64,000 nucleotides of DNA from Pyrinomonadaceae bacterium (GTDB taxonomy: Bacteria > Acidobacteriota > Blastocatellia > Pyrinomonadales > Pyrinomonadaceae), in contig CAVSKU010000005.1 in assembly GCA_963728625.1 (NCBI GenBank), forward strand, positions 576,797 to 640,796. Direction: 5' to 3'. Of this stretch, positions 57,213 to 64,000 are shown one piece after another. The first letter of the stretch is position 1. Each line of letters opens with the position of its first letter. The notes beneath the pieces were generated by a model. That model was not told the DNA's origin. It ran no database searches and worked only from the letters and a program-made list of their open reading frames with translations. The translations under genes and the position numbers were made by a program.

Positions 57213-57380
57213 CCCACTTATTCCCCCTTTCCCTATTCCCCTCTTTCCCCTTCCTATTTCCCTCTTTCCCCTTTTTCCCCCTTTCCCCACTAGGATACGC
57301 AATCAACTTCACTGCCCCCTGCCTCCTGCCTCCTGCCTCCTGTCTCCGTTTGCTGTTTGTCTGTCTGCGATTTACGATGA
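57213..57380 (+). repeat. CT-rich module series: CCCTTTCCCC words, CTGCCTCC words, GTTTGCTG words, TTTACGAT box
   Basis: The module order is the same as at 61090-61240. All copies have the pyrimidine-rich strand on +. Confidence 0.85.
57350..57378 (+). promoter_or_regulatory. candidate sigma70-like promoter TTGCTG-N17-TACGAT carried by repeat modules
   Basis: The -35-like TTGCTG (57350-55), a 17-nt spacer and the -10-like TACGAT (57373-78) lie 35 nt upstream of the ATG at 57413. An AAGGAG SD lies in between. Confidence 0.4.
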
Positions 57381-57412
57381 CACCCATCCAATAACCCCAA
57401 AAGGAGACCAAC

Positions 57413-57676
57413 ATGTCAGTCTACATGGTCGACCGCGAACTCCCTGGAATAGAGATGGATCAGTTAGCCGCTGCTCAGAAAGCCGCTATCGAAACAAGTC
57501 AGAAGTTTACGGATGAAGGCAAGCCCGTCCGCTACATCAGAACTACTTTCGTGCCTGGCGAAGCACACTGCATGTGTTTGTTTGAGGCAGACAGCGCGGA
57601 CCACGTCCGAGAGGTAAACGAGACCGCAAACATTCCCTTTACACGCATCGTGGAAGCCCTCGATCTAACTCCGTAA
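57413..57676 (+). CDS. DUF4242 family protein
   Basis: 87 aa. MSVYMVDRELPGI...YIRTTFVPGEAHCMCLFEA matches the DUF4242 pattern as I recall it. Confidence 0.8.
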   Translation: MSVYMVDRELPGIEMDQLAAAQKAAIETSQKFTDEGKPVRYIRTTFVPGEAHCMCLFEADSADHVREVNETANIPFTRIVEALDLTP

Positions 57677-57753
57677 AAAATAAAAGAGAAGACAGAATAC
57701 AGAAGTCAGTATCGCGTCGATAATGAGGTCAGTACCACCCGCGGTAGCTGGTG

Positions 57754-57802
<49 letters not shown>

Positions 57803-57871
57803 AGTGCCGACCATCGGCTCCGTCTGTTATGCTCTTGCTTTTCACAAACACGCCTCAAGGGGGAGCTTCAA

Positions 57872-58582
57872 ATGAAACGGCGCTATTCAATTTGCGCGGC
57901 ACAAGGAACCGCGCTGCTCATATTCATCGTGTGCACCGCTCTAACCGTTTCCGCCCAGGAGCTCCCAAGTCCCGTCCCATCAGAGACCGAGGTCAACTTA
58001 TCTGAAGCGGTCGTCGCGAATGATGCTCCGAGTAATATTCCGGTACTACCCGAATCTGCGAAGCAAACCCAGACAACAACGCCAACTTATATTTTCCCCA
58101 CCAGGCGCGAACGTTTCAATCGCTACGTCAAGAACACGGTCGGACCATTCAGCCTTCTTCGCACAAGTATCTCGGCCGGCATAAATCAATGGCGGGATAA
58201 TCCGGAGGAATGGGAACAAGGCGCGTCAGGTTATGGGAAGCGCTTTGCCTCCGGCTTCGGCAAAAACGCGATCCATCACACCGTCATCTATGGTTTGGAC
58301 TCTGCGCTGGGGCTGGACACCGGATTCAAGCGTAGCCCGAGCACAGGTTTCGGCGCCCGGGTCAAACACGCGCTGCTTGAGACCCTGACCTCGCGCAACA
58401 AGTCGGGCAAGCGGGTGGTTTCCGTGCCCCGGCTCGCCGGATACTACTCGAGCAACGTGATCGCCGCTGAAACCTGGTATCCGGAACGCTATAGCTACCA
58501 GGACGGACTGCGTAGTGGCACGCGAGCGGTGCTGAATGGGTTTCTACTCAACCTGGTGCGCGAATTTGTCATCCGTTTCTAG
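57872..58582 (+). CDS. secreted hypothetical protein
   Basis: 236 aa with a GGGGAG RBS and a signal-like N-terminus. I recognise no motif. Confidence 0.6.
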   Translation: MKRRYSICAAQGTALLIFIVCTALTVSAQELPSPVPSETEVNLSEAVVANDAPSNIPVLPESAKQTQTTTPTYIFPTRRERFNRYVKNTVGPFSLLRTSISAGINQWRDNPEEWEQGASGYGKRFASGFGKNAIHHTVIYGLDSALGLDTGFKRSPSTGFGARVKHALLETLTSRNKSGKRVVSVPRLAGYYSSNVIAAETWYPERYSYQDGLRSGTRAVLNGFLLNLVREFVIRF

Positions 58583-58713
58583 GTGCTAGGTCAATCACCA
58601 CGCTCAATAGCCAGTAAGTGTCTACTGTTACTGTCTACTAATTCCTTGGAACAATTCTCTTCCCACGGTATCTAACACCGCAAGCTCCAACATCGTTCCC
58701 AGAGGTGTATCCA

Positions 58714-59439
58714 ATGAAAACCATTCTCTTGATAGCTGTATGGCTGTTCTCGACTTCCGTGCTCGCGCAGACGACCACACGTTCCGTCGAGGAGGACGTG
58801 CTCAAGGTTGAGCGTGAGCAACGAGATGCTTATCTGAGGCGTGACGTCAAAGCGACTGAACGTCTGGTTGCGGACGAGTTCCTTCTCACTATCCCGAATG
58901 GATTGGGTACCAAAGCCACCCTACTGACTTTCCTGCGAGAAGAGCCCGCGGACCCGACGCTTACCTTGACGACCGAAGACGTTCAAGTGCGCGTCAATGG
59001 CGACACTGCGGTCGTTAGCGGTAAACGTATCGAAAAGCGAAGAAGCCCCGTCAATAATCAAGAGGGCACGGCGTATGCCCGCTACAGCCGCACTTACATC
59101 AAGCGAACCGGACAGTGGCAACTTCTTTCTGAGCAATTGGACACACTGCCGGGTGAGCACGTTGAGGCCAAAGTAGACCCAAAGATCTACGATGACTATG
59201 TCGGAAAGTATGACAGCCCTATTCTCCCGTTCACCGTGAAGAAGGAGGGCGAACGGTTGATAGCCACACCCGAAGACAAACGGCGTCCGGCGGCCGAACT
59301 CTTTCCCGAATCAGAGAGTGAGTTTTTCCTCAAAGGCCGCGACGCGCAAATCACCTTCATCAGAAACAGAAAAGGCGAGGTAACACACGCGCTGGTGCGC
59401 CTAAATGGCGCCCCATTCCGCGCGCGGCGTATGGGGTAA
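58714..59439 (+). CDS. DUF4440/NTF2-like domain + DUF3471-like C-terminal domain protein
   Basis: The ATG at 58714 follows AGAGG and gives the signal peptide MKTILLIAVWLFSTSVLAQ. The C-terminus is YVGKYDSP...FFLKGRDAQITF. Confidence 0.7.
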   Translation: MKTILLIAVWLFSTSVLAQTTTRSVEEDVLKVEREQRDAYLRRDVKATERLVADEFLLTIPNGLGTKATLLTFLREEPADPTLTLTTEDVQVRVNGDTAVVSGKRIEKRRSPVNNQEGTAYARYSRTYIKRTGQWQLLSEQLDTLPGEHVEAKVDPKIYDDYVGKYDSPILPFTVKKEGERLIATPEDKRRPAAELFPESESEFFLKGRDAQITFIRNRKGEVTHALVRLNGAPFRARRMG

Positions 59440-59455
59440 TTCTTGCTGGCTCCTG

Positions 59456-59648
59456 TTCCGTGTTTTTGTTCGTGTTATTTCGTGTGGTTCGTGGATCGTA
59501 TTTTCCAGTGACGTTGTTCTAGCGGATACCTGCCGGGCTACTGCCCGTACTCTTTCCCTGTTTGTGTCATTTCGTGTAACTTCGTGGTTCGCGTCTATGC
59601 TCTTTCTTGAAGATGAAAAATGACAAATGAGAAATGAAATGGAAAATC
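59456..59648 (+). repeat. two direct TTCGTG-word blocks followed by TGACAAATG word block
   Basis: ttccgtgtttttgttcgtgttatttcgtgtggttcgtggatcg (59456-98), tcatttcgtgtaacttcgtggttcgcg (59568-94) and aaaatgacaaatgagaaatgaaatggaaaatc (59617-48). Confidence 0.8.
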
Positions 59649-60871
59649 GTTTTTTCTTTCCCTTCCTGCTACTCCTTATCATCCAACCAGCCACAGCCCA
59701 GGACTGGAACCAATGGCGTGGCCCATCGCGCGATGGCTTAGTTCCGGCAGCGAACGCCCCAGTTAACTGGCCAGCCTCGTTCCAACGCACGTGGCGTGTC
59801 GAGATAGGAGAGGGCTACTCGTCGCCGGTTGTGTCTGGCAAGACTGTCTTCGTTCACAGCCGGCGTGATCCTGAGGAAGCGGTCATGGCGATCAATGTTG
59901 CCGACGGCAAGACAATCTGGCAGCAAAAGTATCAAGCCGACTTCAAGAAAAATCAGTACGCGGTGAAGATGGCCAAGGGTCCCAACGCCACTCCGCTCGT
60001 TATCGGCAACCGTCTCTTTACCCTCGGTGTGACTGGCATGCTCAACGCGTGGGATACAGCGAGTGGGCGTACTCTCTGGTCAAAAGACTTCTCGGCAACC
60101 GTCGACACCTCCAAACTTTTCTGTGGCACGGCTGCTTCGCCGCTAGCTGTAAATGGACGCCTCGTGGTTCAGACAGGCAGCGACGTGCACGGTGGACAAA
60201 TCCTTGCGCTCGAGCCGTCGACCGGGAAAGTTGTATGGGAATGGAAGGGCTTGGGGCCTGGCTATGCCTCACCGGCTGTGATTGAAGTTGGGGGCAAAAA
60301 ACAGATCGTCACGTTAACCAATGGCTCCCTGGTGGGTCTTGATGCGAGCACTGGACAGGAGCTTTGGTCAGCGCCGTTCCCGGACGAATGGCACGAGAAC
60401 ATCGTGACCCCGCTCTGGACCGGCTCGCATCTGATCGTCTCCGGTCCACGCCAGGGCACACACGCCTTCACATTGGCCCAGAGTGCAGGTAAATGGCGCG
60501 CCACTGAGGTTTGGAAAAACGCGGACGTCGCGATGTACATGAGTTCGCCGGTGTACGGCGACGGCTTGATTTATGGTCTGGGGGAAAAGAAGAAGGGGCA
60601 GTTTGTTGCGCTTGATGCGAAGACCGGTGCGGTGCGCTGGTTGACCGAAGGCCGCGAGGGAAATCACGCGTCCGTGCTTCTGACCGCTCGCCATCTGATC
60701 TATCTAACCAACGGCGCCGACTTGATCATCGCGCAACGAGGCGGGACCGCCTTTAAAGCAGAACAGCGCTACGACATCGCCGACGCCGAAACCTGGGCCA
60801 TGCCCGTGCTCCTCGGCAGCGACCTGCTCATCCGCGACGCCACCGGCCTGATGCGTCTGACGCCATCTTGA
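59639..60871 (+). CDS. PQQ-like (BamB-type) beta-propeller repeat protein, secreted
   Basis: It has the signal peptide MENRFFFPFLLLLIIQPATAQD, WNQWRGP, and repeated PQQ-type blades. The only in-frame starts before the signal peptide lie inside the repeat. Confidence 0.8.
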   Translation: MENRFFFPFLLLLIIQPATAQDWNQWRGPSRDGLVPAANAPVNWPASFQRTWRVEIGEGYSSPVVSGKTVFVHSRRDPEEAVMAINVADGKTIWQQKYQADFKKNQYAVKMAKGPNATPLVIGNRLFTLGVTGMLNAWDTASGRTLWSKDFSATVDTSKLFCGTAASPLAVNGRLVVQTGSDVHGGQILALEPSTGKVVWEWKGLGPGYASPAVIEVGGKKQIVTLTNGSLVGLDASTGQELWSAPFPDEWHENIVTPLWTGSHLIVSGPRQGTHAFTLAQSAGKWRATEVWKNADVAMYMSSPVYGDGLIYGLGEKKKGQFVALDAKTGAVRWLTEGREGNHASVLLTARHLIYLTNGADLIIAQRGGTAFKAEQRYDIADAETWAMPVLLGSDLLIRDATGLMRLTPS

Positions 60872-60905
60872 TTCGCTCAACCTGGACTACTCAATAGCGT
60901 GTGTA

Positions 60906-61239
60906 CTGCTGCCGGCTTCGCCCATTTCCTCTTTACCCATTCCCCTTTTCCCCTATTCCTACTGATTACTGTTTGCTGATTGCTGTTTGCTCCCGTCGGG
61001 GCAGTAGCCCGACCGTCAGGGAGTGCTCCGGTACCGTCTCCCGTCTCCCGTCTCCCGTCTCCTGTCTCCTGTCTCCTGCTGCCGGCTTCGCCCATTTCCC
61101 CTTTACCCATTCCCCTTTACCCTTTCCCCTTTTCCCCTTTTCTTCTTTTCCCCTATTCCCCTTTTCCCCTTTCCCCATTCCCCTTTTCCCCGATCCTATT
61201 TCCGCTTGCACTATTTACGATTCACACTTTACGATTCAC
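60906..61239 (+). repeat. modular CT-rich repeat tract (modules A-E + TTTACGATTCAC x2) upstream of caspase gene
   Basis: The modules are A CTGCTGCCGGCTTCGCC, B CATTTCCCCTTTACCCATTCCCCTTTTCCCCTATTCC, C TACTGATTACTGTTTGCTGATTGCTGTTTGCT, D CCCGTCGGGGCAGTAGCCCGACCGTCAGGGAG.GCTCCG and E GTCTCC words. A and B then appear again. Confidence 0.9.
61206..61235 (+). promoter_or_regulatory. candidate promoter TTGCAC-N18-TACGAT (short-leader mRNA for caspase gene)
   Basis: The last T of the -10-like TACGAT (61230-35) is 15 nt before the A of the ATG at 61250. There is no SD between them. Confidence 0.3.
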
Positions 61240-61249
61240 AGTCTACGTC

Positions 61250-62473
61250 ATGTCTATCCCCCAACGATTTCTGCCGCTCGTCTATGCCTCTCTGCTGCTG
61301 GCATTTCTCACGAGCGACCAGCGCGCCCAGGATCGCCAACTCATCCAGCAACCCGCCGCGGAGAGACGTGTCGCCCTAGTCATCGGCAACGCTGCCTACG
61401 AGAGCGCGCCATTGAAGAATCCAGTCAACGACGCAAGGGACATTTCCGCAGCCTTGCGCGTTTCGGGGTTCGAAGTAATCCACAAGGAGGACCAGGATCA
61501 GAACGGCATGAAACGGGCGATTCGCGAATTCGGAACGAAGATCAGAAGTGGCGGCGTGGCCCTGTTCTATTACGCAGGCCACGGCCTGCAGGTAAGCGGC
61601 AATAATTACCTCGTTCCAGTTGATGCAAAGGTTACGACTGAAGAAGAGGTCGAGTATGAGACGGTTGACGCCGGATTTGTATTGGCGCAAATGGACAGCG
61701 CGAAGACCAGTCTCAACATAGTAATTCTGGACGCCTGTCGCAATAATCCCTTTGCGCGAAGCTTTCGCTCAGGCGCGAACGGCCTCGCCAAGATGGACGC
61801 ACCTGACGGCACGTTGATCGCTTACGCAACCGCGCCCGGCTCAATTGCGAGCGATGGCGGTGCGGGACGCAATGGTATTTACACCAGCGAGCTTCTCAAG
61901 GTGATCGGTATTCCTGACTTGAGTATTGAAGAAGTATTTAAGCGCGTCAGAATATCCGTTCACGGAGTGACCAAGGGTAAGCAGACGCCCTGGGAGTCGT
62001 CGTCGCTGATGGGAAGTTTCTCGTTCCGTCAGAGTGCCGCAGCAACGCGTGACCCGCTTACTGTTTCCAGCCAACCGGGTGCTGCCGGCGAAGCGCGTAA
62101 GCCGGTTACTGCTCCCGCTGCCGATCCACTTTTGGTTTCCAATCAACCACCTGTCACGCCAGCGGTGAATTACGAGCGCGTTTTTACACAACGAGAAGTT
62201 GATCAAAAAGCAGTGATCACCTCCAAACCCGCAGCCAATTACACGGACAGTGCTCGCCAGAACAACATTCAAGGCGAGGTGCGAGTGCAGGCGGTACTGG
62301 ACCGGTCGGGTACCGTGAGGACAATTAAGGTCGTGCTAGGGTCAGAGCTCGGGTACGGGCTGCCTGAACAGGCGATAGCCGCGGCGCGTAAGATCAAGTT
62401 CACTCCGGCAATAAAAGACGGCCGCCCCGTCTCCGTCCAGCTCACGGTGCAATACCTTTTCAGGGTTTACTAA
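61250..62473 (+). CDS. secreted caspase-family (peptidase C14) domain fused to TonB C-terminal domain
   Basis: The ATG at 61250 gives a signal peptide. The caspase motifs are RVALVIGNAAY, YYAGHG (His) and ILDACRNNPF (Cys). The C-terminus VITSKPAANYTDSARQNNIQGEVRVQAVL...KFTPA matches TonB_C (compare the gene at 10621). Confidence 0.85.
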   Translation: MSIPQRFLPLVYASLLLAFLTSDQRAQDRQLIQQPAAERRVALVIGNAAYESAPLKNPVNDARDISAALRVSGFEVIHKEDQDQNGMKRAIREFGTKIRSGGVALFYYAGHGLQVSGNNYLVPVDAKVTTEEEVEYETVDAGFVLAQMDSAKTSLNIVILDACRNNPFARSFRSGANGLAKMDAPDGTLIAYATAPGSIASDGGAGRNGIYTSELLKVIGIPDLSIEEVFKRVRISVHGVTKGKQTPWESSSLMGSFSFRQSAAATRDPLTVSSQPGAAGEARKPVTAPAADPLLVSNQPPVTPAVNYERVFTQREVDQKAVITSKPAANYTDSARQNNIQGEVRVQAVLDRSGTVRTIKVVLGSELGYGLPEQAIAAARKIKFTPAIKDGRPVSVQLTVQYLFRVY

Positions 62474-62475
62474 AG

Positions 62476-62848
<373 letters not shown>

Positions 62849-62926
62849 TGACGCGCACGCCGCAGGCGCGCAATGAAAATAGCCCCGGGGCTTCTGCCCG
62901 GGGATCACCCAGAACAAAACAACAAC

Positions 62927-62961
62927 CGCCGACCCTCGACGGGTCGGCGATATTTTTTTTT
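62927..62961 (+). terminator. rho-independent terminator
   Basis: CGCCGACCC-tcgac-GGGTCGGCG (9-bp stem) is followed by ATATTTTTTTTT. The hairpin CCCCGGG-gcttctg-CCCGGGG lies 24 nt upstream. Confidence 0.65.
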
Positions 62962-63099
62962 GTATCTCTTGCAAACAAAAGGGGCGACACTCACAAAATG
63001 CTATGTCGAGAAACCCTATGCAAGAGTTCTTACATTTTACAAGAATGCTTGCATGCACCTGAGTCCTTTGGCTCGAAACTCGAGGAAAGTAAGATTGAA

Positions 63100-63225
63100 G
63101 GCGCTTTGATAAAACAGCGAACGCAAGCCACCGTGTCCGCGGCGGTCGTCCGGGTCCATACCGGAGTAAACGACCGAGTCTTCCGTTTTCTGGCCCGGCC
63201 TTCCAAAAGCCGGGCTCAAAGCGCC
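63100..63225 (+). ncRNA. candidate structured RNA (10-bp closing stem + two internal hairpins); family unknown
   Basis: P1 pairs GGCGCTTTGA (63100-09) with TCAAAGCGCC (63216-25). Hairpin A pairs CGGTCGT (63143-49) with ACGACCG (63170-76) and has a nested CCGG/CCGG stem. Hairpin B is GCCCGGC-cttccaaaa-GCCGGGC (63193-215) and abuts P1. The strand assignment is weak. Confidence 0.3.
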
Positions 63226-63410
63226 GTTGTTCCAGATGATAGCGAGGAATCGTCTTCAATCAAGCTGACACCCACCAAAACCACCCACCGCCACCAATAA
63301 AATTCATCCGACAAATTCAGTTTTATGCAAGACCTTCTGCATCGGGTATTCGTTCATTCCTTCCCCGCTACAAAACACCCAACCGACCAGAGGCGTGTAA
63401 ACCACCCGAA

Positions 63411-63500
63411 CTCATCACTCATACTCATAACTCATCACTCTTTCTTTACCCCTTCCCCTTTCCCCCTTTCCCCTTTTCCCTTTTCCCTTTTCCCCCCTTC
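63411..63500 (+). repeat. CTCATCACTC words followed by CCCTTTCCCC words
   Basis: ctcatcactcatactcataactcatcactc is followed by tttctttaccccttcccctttccccctttccccttttcccttttcccttttcccccc. Confidence 0.85.
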
Positions 63501-63683
63501 ATCGCTCTTAGCTGGAATTTTTGCATCGCCTAGGGCAAAATACGCCCGTTTCCTAAAAACGGCCGCCGCCCGCGTATCGCTGCGCTTACGCTCCGCGATT
63601 CGCGCGCGCCTTCAAATCCACGGCCTGCAATCTTGCTCGCGTTTCCTCCAAGATCTGAACCTGCAATGGGTCGGTAACTTCTT

Positions 63684-64000
63684 ATGAAAGCAACGGAAGC
63701 AAATCTATTAGAATTCCTCAAAAAATCACCACAATTTGTGATTCCTATTTACCAGCGCACCTATTCCTGGACGGAGCGAGAATGTGAACAGTTGTGGGAA
63801 GACATTCTTCGCACAGGGCGCGACGACAGTATCCCGGCTCACTTTATTGGCTCGATCGTATACGTGGAAAAGAGCCTTTATCACGTGACTACACTCACGC
63901 CTCTTCTTGTGATCGATGGGCAGCAGCGTCTGACGACAGTTACGCTCCTAATCGAAGCCATAGCCCGCGCGCTTGGTGACAATGAACCGTTGGAGGGTTT
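63684..64000 (+). CDS. DUF262 (ParB-like nuclease superfamily; GmrSD/SspE-type N-terminal domain) protein, 5' part only
   Basis: Own translation: MKATEANLLEFLKKSPQFVIPIYQRTYSWTERECEQLWEDILRTGRDDSIPAHFIGSIVYVEKSLYHVTTLTPLLVIDGQQRLTTVTLLIEAIARALG.... It contains the IPxYQRxYxW and DGQQR hallmarks. It is open at the window end, so it is not in the ORF track. Confidence 0.8.
   Translation, partial: MKATEANLLEFLKKSPQFVIPIYQRTYSWTERECEQLWEDILRTGRDDSIPAHFIGSIVYVEKSLYHVTTLTPLLVIDGQQRLTTVTLLIEAIARALGDNEPLEG

Noticed and set aside
60901-61605. ORFs 60901..61605, 61023..61379, 60877..61110, 60966..61211 and the N-terminal 90 aa of ORF 60980..62473
   Set aside because: They are translations of the CT-rich modular repeats (PFPLSPFP..., GKGEWVKGKW...). 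The caspase gene has a proper signal peptide starting at the ATG at 61250.
63100-63225. Whether the structured element is a tRNA, tmRNA, SRP, 6S, RNase P or known riboswitch
   Set aside because: I could recognise none of the conserved cores of these families (for example a T-loop GTTCGAATC-type motif, the SRP GGAA/AGCA motif, or the RNase P GGAAAGTCCGGGC). It is reported only as an unclassified candidate.
63325-63687. 120-aa ORF whose TGA overlaps the DUF262 ATG (ATGA), suggesting translational coupling
   Set aside because: Most of the ORF is translation of CTCATCACTC and CCCTTTCCCC word repeats with no credible start context. The overlap is probably coincidental.

Overview
The window looks like a chromosomal segment of a moderately GC-rich Gram-negative bacterium. 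Gene content (tricorn protease, a VPS10/BNR protein with a LolA-like partner, many secreted peptidases, TonB_C-domain proteins) and the repeat types suggest Acidobacteriota, but this is inference only. I can support about 50 protein genes. These include a partial pyk, an rpiB-tkt-sugar kinase operon, a Ser/Thr kinase, a hybrid histidine kinase, several S9/S41/M20/MA peptidases, and a putative amine/methyl-group catabolic cluster. There is also one tRNA-Ala(GGC) and one intact IS3-family insertion sequence with a 3-bp target duplication. I found no rRNA, CRISPR array or cas genes. I do not see a clear multi-gene novel system. The most unusual property is non-coding: nearly every intergenic region from about 21 kb onward is assembled from a small vocabulary of repeat families. 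These families are GC-rich hairpin modules, TTCGTG/CACGAA words, CATTTGTCA/TGACAAATG words, a 40-bp terminal inverted repeat (TIR) element, GGACAGRCA hairpins, a CCCGACCGTCAGGGAG module, and strand-biased CT-rich words. They are often arranged as nested palindromes 180-320 nt long. Some modules appear to carry sigma70-like promoters or donate start codons. Other leads are a secreted caspase-TonB_C fusion gene bracketed by direct repeats of about 110-125 nt, a candidate structured RNA of about 126 nt, and a DUF262 (GmrSD/SspE-like) gene that starts at the right edge and may open a defence locus outside the window. All functional calls rest on motifs read by eye; no database search was run.
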